DNA of 64,000 nucleotides from an uncultured Acidimicrobiales bacterium (GCA_963701375.1 CAVOZT010000005.1:277744-341743); one strand, 5' to 3'. Positions 40,720-51,325 are shown, counted from the first letter of the stretch. The notes: generated from the letters alone by a model not told the origin. Numbers and translations: made by a program.

Positions 40720-40908
40720 TCAAGCCGCGGGCCGCTCAAGCACAATCATGATCTCGCTCTTTGCACTCTTCCACAGGCTGGTAGCCATAAAGCCACTGAC
40801 AACTCGCCAGCCTTCGCTGGCATAGCTGTTGAGTGTCGTCTCGAGGCTTTCGGGATCGAACGATCCTGAAAAGCGCGAGTCCCTTTCAGTCAGCACCTTG
40901 TACTCCAT
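40720..40908 (-). CDS. DUF4177 family protein
   Basis: MEYKV...LETTLNSYASEGWRVV...LER. Confidence 0.8.
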   Translation of the reverse strand: MEYKVLTERDSRFSGSFDPESLETTLNSYASEGWRVVSGFMATSLWKSAKSEIMIVLERPAA

Positions 40909-40953
40909 CTCATGTCTCTCCAATCCGCTTGAACCGTCTTTGGGTTGCTCCTG

Positions 40954-41000
40954 ATGTAAAGCTACCTTGTCATCGCCTCAATGTCAAGTGTGCTTTCCAT
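40954..41000. promoter_or_regulatory. Tandem XRE operator palindromes
   Basis: ATGTAAAG-N4-CTTGTCAT and ATGTCAAG-N4-CTTTCCAT upstream of the XRE operon. Confidence 0.55.
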
Positions 41001-41002
41001 CG

Positions 41003-41162
41003 CATGCAGTGGACCAAGGCTCGCGAATCCTTCCGACGGTTCGCCCACATAGACGTCGAAGCCGTGTGCTTCGGCCACGGCAAGCCCCTGCTGGGTCGGG
41101 ACACCCAAAAGCTACGTGACGCTGCCTCAGGGGATCAGGTCCCCGATCCGCTCGGCGAGTAA
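41003..41162 (+). pseudogene. Metallo-beta-lactamase-fold C-terminal fragment
   Basis: ARESFRRFA.IDVEAVCFGHGKP. Confidence 0.5.
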
Positions 41163-41303
41163 CGCCCAAGCAGGCGTCGATAGGAATCCTCTGTCCGGTA
41201 TAGGAGACGGTCCCTATTCGGACCGCGTTTCGTTGCACCCGAGGGCGCAAGGGAGATGAAGCGCTCCGCGCACCCCGGCTCGGCCCGCGCGGATTAGCTC
41301 AAG

Positions 41304-41708
41304 TTATGGACTGACAACCTCTTCAACGATCGACTCAACCGCGTCGAAGGGTGCACGCAAGGCACCCTCGATGTGGTGCCGCTCGGCCAGGAACTCCGGT
41401 GCGTTGTAACTCGCGGCGACCGCTCCCTTCCCGTCCTCCCAAACCAGCACCTTGAGCGGGAGATCCAAACCCACGAGCGGCGCCGCGAGCATTACAGCCG
41501 CGCCCACAGTCGGCTTCCCAAACATGACGAGTTTCGAATCGGGCATCTGCACACCGACTCGTTCGGCCGTGCCGCTGTGATCGATGACCCTGAACAGAGT
41601 GAAACCTCGATCCGCGATCACACACGTCAGTCGGTCAACGGTCTGTGCGACGGACTTGCTGCTGTGCTTGGTGATGATCCCGGCCAAAGATTGCGGGTTG
41701 TCCAGCAT
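41304..41708 (-). CDS. DUF302 family protein
   Basis: FRVIDHS...FGKPTVG...GLDLPLKVLVWED. Confidence 0.88.
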   Translation of the reverse strand: MLDNPQSLAGIITKHSSKSVAQTVDRLTCVIADRGFTLFRVIDHSGTAERVGVQMPDSKLVMFGKPTVGAAVMLAAPLVGLDLPLKVLVWEDGKGAVAASYNAPEFLAERHHIEGALRAPFDAVESIVEEVVSP

Positions 41709-42075
41709 CAGGACTCCTATTCTCTAGGCCTTCGTTCGCGCGCATGATTCTTGAACAGGGCCTCGCCACGTCGTGAGCGCGCCAGATTGCCCGATCTGGG
41801 GCGCTTGTGCCACCCGGAAGGCCGCACAGATCGACGAGACGAGGAGTAGGTCGGATCGCCCGGACCGCGTACGGCATCGAAATCGGGCGAACGTACGCTG
41901 ACACGGCACTAGGTCTCGCACCGGCAGCGCCAGGCCAGTTGCCTCGGGCAGCGAGCACCGACTGACGATGCTCGAAGCGGCCCCGTGCCCAGAGCCGAGC
42001 TCCCTCCGGACAACCGAACGCCCGATTCGAGAATCGTGCTCGACCGACACTGCGGCGGCCTCAGGATCCCATAAG

Positions 42076-42924
42076 TCAGGACTTCACGAAACGTTGCACA
42101 AAGTTGAGTGCAGTCTCGGCGACTTCGCGCCAGCCATGGTCGATGGTAAGTGAGTGACCACGATCGGGGATCTTGACGATCTCGGTGACGCTCTTGTTCC
42201 GCGATTGTTTCTTATATGAGGCTTTGGCAATGGCCCAAGGGACGGTGTTGTCCTTCTCCCCGTCGATTATCAGCAGCGGTCCACGATCAGGGTTCTTCGA
42301 ATCCACCTTGGCGTCGGTCCACGGGTTCAGATTGGCGGTCGCCGCTTGGAAGAGCGGAACGCCTGAACCAGGCACTGCGAACGTGGCGTGAAGTTCTTTC
42401 GCTTCGTCCTCGCTGACCGCGTTGGCGAATCCGAATCGGAACTGCTCATAGGTAAGTGGAATGGCTCGACCGTGGTTGGCTGGATTGCCGATCACAGGGG
42501 CCGCAGACTTCAGGGAAGAGAAAGGGAGAGGAAGGACCCCGCGAAATGGAGCGGGATCGATGGCCACTGAAACGGCGGATACGCCGCGCCCGGCGAGGAT
42601 CTGGGTGAGGAGTCCACCAAATGAGTGTCCGATGACGGCAGGCTTCTGCGTCAGCGTCTTGATCACATCGTGGTAGTGATCGGCGATCTGACCGATCGTC
42701 TTGTGAGCCATGACCTCAGGATGTCTATTCGCCTCCTCGACGCTGTTGGGATCGTCAGGCCAACCTGGAGCGAGCGTCGCGTATCCGGCCTCCTCGAACA
42801 ATGCCCTCCAGCGATCCCAGCTGCTCGGCAGCAGCCAAAGACCGTGCACGAAGACCACCGGCACCAAACCCGACGTGTTCGCCTTATTGACCTGCTCTTC
42901 TTCGAGTTTGGTGATGTTTGCCAC
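42076..42924 (-). CDS. Alpha/beta hydrolase
   Basis: VFVHGLW, GHSFGG, D.TVP, RGHSL. Confidence 0.9.
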   Translation of the reverse strand: MANITKLEEEQVNKANTSGLVPVVFVHGLWLLPSSWDRWRALFEEAGYATLAPGWPDDPNSVEEANRHPEVMAHKTIGQIADHYHDVIKTLTQKPAVIGHSFGGLLTQILAGRGVSAVSVAIDPAPFRGVLPLPFSSLKSAAPVIGNPANHGRAIPLTYEQFRFGFANAVSEDEAKELHATFAVPGSGVPLFQAATANLNPWTDAKVDSKNPDRGPLLIIDGEKDNTVPWAIAKASYKKQSRNKSVTEIVKIPDRGHSLTIDHGWREVAETALNFVQRFVKS

Positions 42925-43515
42925 GTCGCTCGATCCTTCCGACTTGCCGGTGTGATTCGGCTGAGCGTATCTCGGTGGGCTCGTCGATTACATCGAGGTC
43001 CGTGTCGCGGCCAGCGACCTTGCTCAGAAGAACCGCAAGCGCAATAGGGGTTTCATCGGTGACTACGTTGCGATCCTGTGGCTCGGGTCACCGAAGCTAA
43101 GTCGTTCAGCTCCGTCTGGCCTCTCGGCTCCATCCTCACCCTGCGGACGTCCACGATCGAAGAACTGTCGATTTGCTACTGTGCTACTGAGTTGGTGTCG
43201 GTGACCGCGTTGAAACCTTCTGAAAAGGGCGGCGTCGACACGATGTAGCAATGGACTATGGTCATCTTTTCTTGGTCTGTCAGTAGCAGGAACACGGAAT
43301 CAGAAACTCGTCAGACTCCAGGACAGTTTCTTCCGACTGTTGGTCAGTAGTTGCGAACCAAGAGAATGTCACGCTCCGGGACCATCAAAGTTCGTGCTAC
43401 TACTTTGCTACTGAATGGAGTCGTACGGGCTGGATTTCGTCCTACTGCGCAGATTGGCACCTAGACCTGAGCTGCCCAGATGGACTGGATGTCATCTCAC
43501 AGACAGTGGTGGCCC

Positions 43516-43533
43516 GACTACGGATTAGAAGGT
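43516..43533 (+). other. Short tRNA-Arg(ACG) anticodon-arm remnant (att-like)
   Basis: GACTACGGATTAGAAGGT; 14/15 match to 18209-18223, with the same upstream architecture. Confidence 0.55.
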
Positions 43534-43597
43534 AGGCGTCGCTAGAACTGAGCGCGTCCTCGCTCGCCGCGCAGTTCCGTTACGCGAATTGAGAACG

Positions 43598-44287
43598 TCA
43601 TTGAGGGCTCGAGATAGAACCGGGAGGCTTCGTTCCTTTCACGCGGTGCTGCAACTCGACGAAGACCTTGGTGCCTACGATCGCTTCCAGTTCCTCACCT
43701 AGCGAGTCGATCACCGGACGGTCCCCGACGTACGCCAACGGACCCTCAGTGCAGCACCAAGCCATGGTCTCGCCTTCTGCGCCCCAGTCGCGGCGAGTCC
43801 ATCGGCGCACAGTCGCGACTTCGATATCGTCGGCGCCCATCGCCCAATCCACCTTGATAGGCAACTGCCAACAAACCGACGGCTTCCAATCGATTGGTGA
43901 CTCGTTCGCATCGATCGCCGCCAAGTGCAGTGCACAGCCTGCACCCCCGAGGAATCCTGGGCGATTAAGGAAGATGCAGGCCCCGTCGACGACTCGAGTG
44001 TGCGTGCGGGAGTCATCGCTGAAGATGCCGCCCTTGTCGGCTTCGGTATTACGCTCGAAGCGGTCCGGGTCCAGCGTCGCCGCTAAAGCAGCGATGGTCC
44101 GAGATTCGTCTTCATCGCCGAGGTCAGCTCCTATGGAACAGCATCCGAGGCCGAGGTGCTCCGCCGGCTCGGGAGCGATGCCCTGGCAGCCCCGCCCCCA
44201 TATGCAGGTCCACCTGGATTCCAAGAAGTCCTTGTCGAAGCGCCAGATGGTCTCGCCGTCGTGGATCTCCTCCATCCCCGGATCCAT
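43598..44287 (-). CDS. Conserved actinobacterial Cys-rich protein (DUF3109-like)
   Basis: WTCIWGRGCQGI, GCC..GA, GACIFLNRPGF..GAGCALH, KP.VCWQLP, WCCT. Confidence 0.75.
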   Translation of the reverse strand: MDPGMEEIHDGETIWRFDKDFLESRWTCIWGRGCQGIAPEPAEHLGLGCCSIGADLGDEDESRTIAALAATLDPDRFERNTEADKGGIFSDDSRTHTRVVDGACIFLNRPGFLGGAGCALHLAAIDANESPIDWKPSVCWQLPIKVDWAMGADDIEVATVRRWTRRDWGAEGETMAWCCTEGPLAYVGDRPVIDSLGEELEAIVGTKVFVELQHRVKGTKPPGSISSPQ

Positions 44288-44365
44288 GAGAACGACCTTA
44301 CTTAACGCCTTTCAGAGAGGATGCGGGTCAGCATGCGGCGCTCGCCACCGAGATGCTGGTGGGCG

Positions 44366-45370
44366 TTACTTTGCGACATGTGGTGAGCCGGACGACATCG
44401 TTGCGTTGGGTTCCTGTTCATTCTCGCCGAGAGCCAAAGCGGCGGCTCCCATTGTCATTGCCTCATAGAGAGGTCGGAGTGTCTCCGTGATCGATTGCCC
44501 GCCGTCGGCGAGGGGTGCCGGATCTAGTTGGCGGAGGACCAGGTCCGGTGCCACCGCCAACCGCGGTCGGACCTCGATGGCGGTCAAGTCATCATGACGT
44601 CCCCACAGTGATGCCGAGTCCTCAGGCGAGCGCATTGCAAGACGGTCTGGATCGGCGCCGGGCCATCCGAACGGTCCAGCGTCAGAAAAGGAAGCAGATT
44701 CCGCGGGTTCGGTGGTGTTCTCCCTGTCCCGGGAGTCGGAACCCTGTCTGCGTTCCCGAAGATTGGCAAGAAGTTCGGCCTTGCTCCGGCCGCGCCAAGC
44801 GAAGATGAGGAACGGATCGCCGTCGAACGCCTCTGCCAACAGGAAGTAGACGGCTGCGATGTGCTTGCACGGATTCTCCCAGTCGGGACATGAGCATTCG
44901 GAGTCGAAGTCGCGCACCGAAGTTGGGAACAGAGATCCTGACGAAGCTACAAACGCATCTTCGATGTCTTCGGGCATGTCGCCGGCGAGAAGCTTTGCCA
45001 AGAACACGGCACTCGACTCCATCACCGATTCGGCTGCATCCCACCCACGGCGCGTGAGCACCTTTGTCTCGATCGATACCTTGTAAGGCTTCGCCCTCGA
45101 GCCCTGGACCGTCGCAGTCACTTCCCCGGGGGCGATCTCCATGCTGATCACCTGACCCGTCCTGGCATAACTCTTGCCGCGTTGCAGCCGGCCGCCGATT
45201 CCGGCCATCTCTAGCACCGTGATGAAACGTTGCGACCACCAAGTGTCGCCGATCCGGCCGCGCTGGCTTCTTGCCTGCAGTCCACCTTCTACCGGGATCG
45301 GTTTGGAGGGGGGCGGCCACCATCCGTCGCCCCAACGAGGAGGCTCGCCCCGCCGACGACGCGGCGGCAT
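44366..45370 (-). CDS. SWIM zinc finger protein
   Basis: RLQRGKSYAR, VQGSR..PY, CSCPDWENPCKH. Confidence 0.9.
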   Translation of the reverse strand: MPPRRRRGEPPRWGDGWWPPPSKPIPVEGGLQARSQRGRIGDTWWSQRFITVLEMAGIGGRLQRGKSYARTGQVISMEIAPGEVTATVQGSRAKPYKVSIETKVLTRRGWDAAESVMESSAVFLAKLLAGDMPEDIEDAFVASSGSLFPTSVRDFDSECSCPDWENPCKHIAAVYFLLAEAFDGDPFLIFAWRGRSKAELLANLRERRQGSDSRDRENTTEPAESASFSDAGPFGWPGADPDRLAMRSPEDSASLWGRHDDLTAIEVRPRLAVAPDLVLRQLDPAPLADGGQSITETLRPLYEAMTMGAAALALGENEQEPNATMSSGSPHVAK

Positions 45371-48300
45371 CAGTCGTCTCCCATGGCGTCGGCCGACAAG
45401 GCGACAATCTCGCGGATCTGGTCGGTCGACATCTCGGTGATCCAGCCCTCACCTTTGCCAACGATCCTTTCCGCGAGCGCACGCTTGGACTCGATCATGG
45501 CGTCAATCCGTTCTTCGAGAGTGCCACCGCACACGAACTTTCGAACCTGAACGTTGCGCTTCTGGCCGATCCGGAAGGCCCGGTCAGTCGCTTGATCCTC
45601 GACCGCAGGGTTCCACCAGCGGTCGAAGTGCACCACGTGAGTAGCCGCCGTGAGATTCAGGCCGGTACCACCGGCCTTTAGCGACAACAGCAACACCGCT
45701 GGACCATCACCCGCTTGGAATCGCTCGACCATGTCGTCGCGCTTCTTCTTGGTCACCCCGCCATGGAGCCACATGACATCGCATCCGAGGTGACGCTGGA
45801 GGTGGCGCTCGAGCAGGTTTCCCATCTCTGTGAACTGGGTGAAGACGAGGGCCCGGTCTCCCTCGGACACCGCCTCTTCGAGGACCTCCACGAGCCGGGT
45901 CAGCTTGCCCGAACGACCGGGGAGCGAAGATCCGTCCGCCAGGAAATGGGCGGGATGGTTGCACACCTGCTTGAGCTTCATCATCGTGGCGAGCACCAGG
46001 CCGCGGCGCTCAATGCCTTCAGCTTCGTCGATCTTTGCCAGCATGTCGTCGACGACGGCCTGGTAGAGGCTGGCCTGCTCGCGTGTGAGGGTGCAGAACT
46101 CCTTCATCTCGAGTTTGTCGGGTAGGTCGGCGATGATCGACCGGTCCGTCTTCAATCGGCGGAGCACGAACGGACCGGTGATGCGACGGAGTTTCTCTGC
46201 GACCTCGTCGTCGCCATCTCGCTCTATGGGTATGGCGAAGCGTTCTCGGAAGCCCTTTTCGGAACCGAGGAAGCCGGGGTTCAGGAACTGCATGATCGAC
46301 CACAGTTCGCTGAGCCGGTTCTCGACCGGTGTGCCGGTCATGGCGATGCGATGAACTGCCGGAATCGTCCGGACGCTCTGCGTCGTCCGCGCTGCGCTGT
46401 TCTTGATCTGCTGCGCCTCGTCGAGGACGAGGCGGTTCCACTTGACCGTGGCCAGGAGTTGCTGGTCGCGCGCGGCCAGACCGTAGGTCGACAGCACCAG
46501 GTCCACCTTGCGGGCATTCTTGGTGAAGTTTTTGCCGTCCAAGCGGCCATGTCCGTGATGGACGTACACGGACAATTCGGGTGCGAAGCGCGCCGTTTCG
46601 CGCTGCCAGTTGCCGACGAGAGACATAGGACATAAAACGAGGGTCGGTCCCGTCGATCTTGCGCGCTCTTCGATGAGCAGAGCGAGAAGCTGCGCGGTCT
46701 TCCCGAGCCCCATGTCGTCGGCGAGGCAGGCGCCGAGGCCGAGGTCGCCGAGGAACGCGAGCCAGCCGAGCCCGCGCTCCTGGTAAGGCCGTAGCTGACC
46801 GACGAATCCGTCGGGAGTGGGCCGGGCCTGCATGCGCCGGTCCTCAGCGCCGGCAAGCAGATCGCCGAGCCATCCGTCGGCTTCGACCGCTGCGATTGGA
46901 AGGTCGCCCGAGGTCGGTTCGATCCCAAGGGCAGTCCGGACCACGTCTCCGGCCGACATGAGGTCTGCGCCATTCGCCTTCTTGTCGACGGCGGCGATAG
47001 CGGCAGCGATGTCGCCCTCACGAAGCTCCACCCATTGGCCGCGGATTCGAACAAGGGGTTGCTTGATTCGAGCCAGCTGACGGAGCTCGGCAAGTCCGAT
47101 CTTGTCGTCACCCAGCGCGGCCTCCCACTCGACTTTGCACAGGGCGTCGAGTCCGAGGGCAGCGGTGTTCGATGTCGGCGAGACGGAGGGGGTGCGGGCC
47201 TTCATGCGGAGACTCACCCGTCTTCTCGAGGAGCGCCACCACGGTGGTGCGAGCACTCCGAATCCCGCCTGCTCCAAGATCGGCGCGCTGTCGCGGAGGA
47301 ACTCGAGTGCACCTGAGGCATCCGTGGTCTGCGCGATGGGCATGGCAGTGGTCAGAGCGGAGCCGATCGATGGCACGAGCCGGGCTGCACGACCCAGGCC
47401 TCGGAGGAGGTGCTCGTCCGGGTGTTGCGCGTGGCGTTCCAACGCAGCGAGCTCGGGCCCGTCTTCCCAGACGGTCTCGGCGGTGACGAGCAGGCTGGGG
47501 TCGTCGACCGCCTGAAGCGCGAACTCGATTCGCCAGTCATCGGCGACGTTCCTCTGGATAGTCGCTCGTTTCCGGGTAGCGAGCGCTGGAGCACGATCCG
47601 AGCTGGCAACGGTCTCTGTAGTGCTGTCTTCCTCGTCGTCTAAAGGAGGGACGATGCGGAAACAGGTTCGTACCGGCTCAGATTCTGTGTTCACCGTGGC
47701 GTGCCATGCGTTGAGCTCGTCACCGAGTGCTTGCAGCTCGTCGTTTCCGGCGTCGACGGATCCGTCAGGAGACGCAAGGGCTTCTAGCCACGCCTCGACA
47801 GCGTCGCGCTTCGCCGAACGGCGCGTCTTGCCTGCAGAAGCAGGAACGGCAGTTGAGCGATCCGCCACGAAGCGTCGGGCAAGCAAATCGGTGACGCTCC
47901 ACATGTAGGAGCGAAGCACCTCCTCCGATGTTGTCTTCGTCGCGTCTGCACTTGCCGCGTCCCGAGCGGGGTCTGCGATTTCTGCGGCCATGAACGATGA
48001 CGGAAGAGCCCATACCATCGACTCGATCCGACCTCGGTCGCGTGCGTCGATCAAAGGCCGCCATCGGGCGTGCCAACCATCGTCTGTGGGCTCGAGAGCT
48101 GGGAGAACCCGGCCTCTGGTGATCAGTTCCAGGGCCATTTCCGCTGAGCGAGCGGCGAACCGCAGGTCGTAGGCGGGAACGATGCCGGACTGGTCAGCGG
48201 AGGAACCGGTCGGATCGATCGTCGAGAAAGCAAGCACGAGGTCCGTCGCGGTTGCGGGCTCGAGAACGATCCCGGGAGCGGTCCATCTTGGGTTTGGTTC

Positions 48301-48630
48301 GTCTGCAGACGCCGGCTCAGGCGCTGATGTTGCGCTGACGTCGTCCTCCAGCCAGGGAGAGCCTGTAGGGCCACTGCCGACAGCGGGCAACTCGAGGATG
48401 AGCTCGGTGTCGCCTGCTTTTGCGATCGCGTCCTGCGCGGCGAAACCGCCAACTTCAGCGATCGCCTGGCGAATGCCTTCCACGTCGAGAGCGAAGGGGT
48501 GGGGCTCCGGTCGCAACCGGCGGGGTTGACGACCTTTACGCGGGGCGACGGTGCGTGGTCGCGCACCGTCCTCGGCCCACAACGCCAGCCCATTTGCACG
48601 ATGCATCCACGCAACGTGGAGAACGATCAC
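45370..48630 (-). CDS. SNF2-family helicase (DUF3670 + DEAQ + helicase C)
   Basis: LRPYQ, LADDMGLGKT, DEAQ, TGTPVEN, KAGGTGLNL, DRWWNPAVEDQATDRAFRIGQ. Confidence 0.95.
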   Translation of the reverse strand: MIVLHVAWMHRANGLALWAEDGARPRTVAPRKGRQPRRLRPEPHPFALDVEGIRQAIAEVGGFAAQDAIAKAGDTELILELPAVGSGPTGSPWLEDDVSATSAPEPASADEPNPRWTAPGIVLEPATATDLVLAFSTIDPTGSSADQSGIVPAYDLRFAARSAEMALELITRGRVLPALEPTDDGWHARWRPLIDARDRGRIESMVWALPSSFMAAEIADPARDAASADATKTTSEEVLRSYMWSVTDLLARRFVADRSTAVPASAGKTRRSAKRDAVEAWLEALASPDGSVDAGNDELQALGDELNAWHATVNTESEPVRTCFRIVPPLDDEEDSTTETVASSDRAPALATRKRATIQRNVADDWRIEFALQAVDDPSLLVTAETVWEDGPELAALERHAQHPDEHLLRGLGRAARLVPSIGSALTTAMPIAQTTDASGALEFLRDSAPILEQAGFGVLAPPWWRSSRRRVSLRMKARTPSVSPTSNTAALGLDALCKVEWEAALGDDKIGLAELRQLARIKQPLVRIRGQWVELREGDIAAAIAAVDKKANGADLMSAGDVVRTALGIEPTSGDLPIAAVEADGWLGDLLAGAEDRRMQARPTPDGFVGQLRPYQERGLGWLAFLGDLGLGACLADDMGLGKTAQLLALLIEERARSTGPTLVLCPMSLVGNWQRETARFAPELSVYVHHGHGRLDGKNFTKNARKVDLVLSTYGLAARDQQLLATVKWNRLVLDEAQQIKNSAARTTQSVRTIPAVHRIAMTGTPVENRLSELWSIMQFLNPGFLGSEKGFRERFAIPIERDGDDEVAEKLRRITGPFVLRRLKTDRSIIADLPDKLEMKEFCTLTREQASLYQAVVDDMLAKIDEAEGIERRGLVLATMMKLKQVCNHPAHFLADGSSLPGRSGKLTRLVEVLEEAVSEGDRALVFTQFTEMGNLLERHLQRHLGCDVMWLHGGVTKKKRDDMVERFQAGDGPAVLLLSLKAGGTGLNLTAATHVVHFDRWWNPAVEDQATDRAFRIGQKRNVQVRKFVCGGTLEERIDAMIESKRALAERIVGKGEGWITEMSTDQIREIVALSADAMGDD

Positions 48631-48670
48631 GCAGGAATGATCCCAGGCATGTCGATAAGGTGCGGAGCCG

Positions 48671-50500
48671 ATGAGATCGAAACTGGTAGTTGGCGCGGTT
48701 GTGGTAATGCTGGTTGCCCTGGTCGCGACGGCTTTCGAGGTGGCCGGCGCGGGCGCGGCGGGCGGCTCTCAGGCCGCTGCTCCGGTCGGACACGTGACGG
48801 TGTCGAAGAGCACCACTCCGGCATTCCCTGGGGACGCTCCGGATCCCGACGTGATCCTGTCGGGCGGAACCTATTACGCCTTCACCACGGGGACTCCCCT
48901 CGGGAACCACCTGCAGGCTCTCGTCGACACGAGCGGTTCCCCTGCGTCCGGTTGGAGGTCCTACACCGGCGAATCGTTCGGATCCTCTGCGCTGCCGAAC
49001 CCGCCGGGGTGGGAGACGACCAATACCCAGACTTCCCCCGGTGTCTTCTTCTTCGGGGGTCACTGGGTCATGTTCTACGACGCAGCGCAGAATCCACACG
49101 GGGCCGACACGGGTTTCAGCTGCCTGTCGGTCGCGGTCGCGGCGACAATCACACCATCGCATCCAGTGTTCACTGACACGTCTTCGGTACCGCTTCACTG
49201 CGCGCCCGGTGTTGGTTTGCTGGATCCGAGTCCGTTCATCGATCCGAGAACAGGTGATGCCTACCTGTTGTGGAAGTCCAACGATGGGAGTTCTGGTGCG
49301 GCCTCCCAGGTCTGGTCCGTCCGCCTTGCCTCGAACGGCACCTCGTTCGCCGGCACCCCCACTGTTCTCCTGACCGTCGACCAGCCTCGGTATCCGTGGG
49401 AGAACACGTTCGACGATCCGCAACTCGTCGACGCCTCCGGGACGCTCAGGCTCCTCTTCAGCGTCGGGAACTTCCTCTCGTCGAACTACGCCGAAGTACT
49501 CACGACGTGCTCCGGTCCGCTGGGGCCTTGCAGTCAACCCTCGAGTGGTCCCTTCCTCACGTCGTACGGGTCGGTCGCAGGACCCGGAGGCGGCTCGCTG
49601 TTCACCGACACGAGCGGCAGGTGGTGGATCGACTACGCCGCATGGAGTAGCTCGTGTACCAACTACGGCTGCGGAGGAATGCGGCGCCTGTTCGTCGCGC
49701 CGATCCAATTCACTCCGAGCATCCAGGTTCCGTGCAATCCGCCGGCCGGGCATCCGACGGGCTACCGCCTCGTCGCGACGGACGGAGGCATATTCACCTT
49801 CGGCAACCTGCCCTTTTGTGGATCCACCGGGTCGATAGTCCTCAACCGGCCTGTCGTGGGTATCACGTCCACCCCCAACGGCGGTGGCTATTGGATGGTG
49901 GCGACTGACGGGGGCATATTCGCTTTCGGCAACACCGCATTTCACGGCTCGATGGGCGGAAGGCGACTGAACAAACCCATCGTGGGGATGGCTTCCACCC
50001 CCAACGGCGACGGGTACTGGCTCGTGGCTTCAGATGGCGGGATCTTCAGCTTCGGGGCCGCGAAGTTCCACGGATCGACGGGGCGTATGCGCCTCAACCG
50101 ACCGATTGTCGGGATGACCGCTACCGCGGACGGCAACGGCTACTGGCTCGTCGCCTCCGACGGGGGAATATTCAGCTTCGGGACCGCGAAATTCCATGGA
50201 TCGACCGGAAGAATGCACCTCAACAAGCCGGTGGTCGGCATGGCTACCGACACCAAGACGGGTGGGTATTGGCTCGTTGCCTCTGACGGCGGCATCTTCA
50301 GCTACGACGCCCCGTTCTACGGATCGACGGGGGCAAGAAGGCTGAACCGCCCGATCGTCGGCATCCAGGCACCGGTCGGAGGGACGGGGTATCGAATGGT
50401 CGCCTCCGACGGTGGGATCTTCAGTTTCAAGGCTCCCTATTACGGCTCGATGGGGGGCCGACCGCTCAACAAACCCGTCGTGGGTATCAGCGGGTTCTGA
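48671..50500 (+). CDS. Secreted GH43-family glycoside hydrolase with six C-terminal GYWLVASDGGIF repeats
   Basis: Signal peptide; DAPDP and LLDPSPF motifs; six ~42-aa repeats at 49760-50497. Confidence 0.8.
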   Translation: MRSKLVVGAVVVMLVALVATAFEVAGAGAAGGSQAAAPVGHVTVSKSTTPAFPGDAPDPDVILSGGTYYAFTTGTPLGNHLQALVDTSGSPASGWRSYTGESFGSSALPNPPGWETTNTQTSPGVFFFGGHWVMFYDAAQNPHGADTGFSCLSVAVAATITPSHPVFTDTSSVPLHCAPGVGLLDPSPFIDPRTGDAYLLWKSNDGSSGAASQVWSVRLASNGTSFAGTPTVLLTVDQPRYPWENTFDDPQLVDASGTLRLLFSVGNFLSSNYAEVLTTCSGPLGPCSQPSSGPFLTSYGSVAGPGGGSLFTDTSGRWWIDYAAWSSSCTNYGCGGMRRLFVAPIQFTPSIQVPCNPPAGHPTGYRLVATDGGIFTFGNLPFCGSTGSIVLNRPVVGITSTPNGGGYWMVATDGGIFAFGNTAFHGSMGGRRLNKPIVGMASTPNGDGYWLVASDGGIFSFGAAKFHGSTGRMRLNRPIVGMTATADGNGYWLVASDGGIFSFGTAKFHGSTGRMHLNKPVVGMATDTKTGGYWLVASDGGIFSYDAPFYGSTGARRLNRPIVGIQAPVGGTGYRMVASDGGIFSFKAPYYGSMGGRPLNKPVVGISGF

Positions 50501-50522
50501 ACCGGAGCGGTTTAAACCCGGC

Positions 50523-51293
50523 ATGGACTCTTCGTGGCTCGTCCAAGGGCGTCTGATGACGCTTGCCAGCCTTGGCGTGCTCGGTGCACTCACGGCAGGG
50601 TTCGGAGTGTGGTCAGCACTGACCGGTCCTCCGGTCGCCGTAGTCCAGTTGCACGACGCTGCCGATAACACGATTGCGGCACCGAGCTTCCGAGCGACCT
50701 TGGACGGCACGATCAGCGTCTCGTTCTCGGGTGCAACTGCCGCGCAGGGCGAATCCGACGTCATCCGAGAGAGCGGCATCTACCAGGCGCCAGACCGCAC
50801 GTTTGTAAACGCATCCAATGTGGCCACAATCTCTGGCGTGTCACGGCGGACCCAGATCGAATGGACCCAGATCGGCGATTCTTGCTGGCACGTTGCGACC
50901 TGCCAATCACTGTCCACAAACAACCAAAACGAAATCACCAGACAACTCGTCGCAGCACCGAGCGTCTCTGATCGTGGCGGGACCTACGACCTGACACCCG
51001 CCGAAAGCCTGCACATGGTGAATAGCGAATTTCCTGGCTTGACGTCACAGATGGGGACTTCCGCGCAGGAGAATGCGAACGTAGAAGCCCGCATTCAAGG
51101 CAGCTACGTGTCGTGGGTGCAGATCACCTTCGACGGCACCTACACATCTGGCACTCCGAACGGCCCGCAGTCCGCGAGTGCCAAGTTGGATCTCAACCTG
51201 GTCGCCCGCTACTCGGAATACGGGAATGCACCGCCTATCGTGCGGCCCGCGGGTCCCCCGACATCCCGGGTAGGTGCCACGAACGCGCAGTGA
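50523..51293 (+). CDS. Hypothetical membrane-anchored/secreted protein
   Basis: N-terminal TM helix followed by a beta-rich domain. Confidence 0.55.
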   Translation: MDSSWLVQGRLMTLASLGVLGALTAGFGVWSALTGPPVAVVQLHDAADNTIAAPSFRATLDGTISVSFSGATAAQGESDVIRESGIYQAPDRTFVNASNVATISGVSRRTQIEWTQIGDSCWHVATCQSLSTNNQNEITRQLVAAPSVSDRGGTYDLTPAESLHMVNSEFPGLTSQMGTSAQENANVEARIQGSYVSWVQITFDGTYTSGTPNGPQSASAKLDLNLVARYSEYGNAPPIVRPAGPPTSRVGATNAQ

Positions 51294-51325
51294 CGTAGCC
51301 TTGCGCCCGATTCGGGAGGGGAGAG

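Larger units (their letters stand above)
18209..43533. mobile_element. Decayed genomic island bounded by tRNA-Arg(ACG) remnants
   Basis: Integrase at the left end; att-like tRNA-Arg pieces at 18209 and 43516; many gene fragments inside. Confidence 0.55.

Noticed and set aside
44366-48630. SWIM + SNF2 pair as a novel defence system
   Set aside because: A widespread, conserved actinobacterial gene pair lying outside the island.
49760-50497. ~126-bp DNA repeats
   Set aside because: Coding repeats (GYWLVASDGGIF) common in Acidimicrobiia surface proteins.
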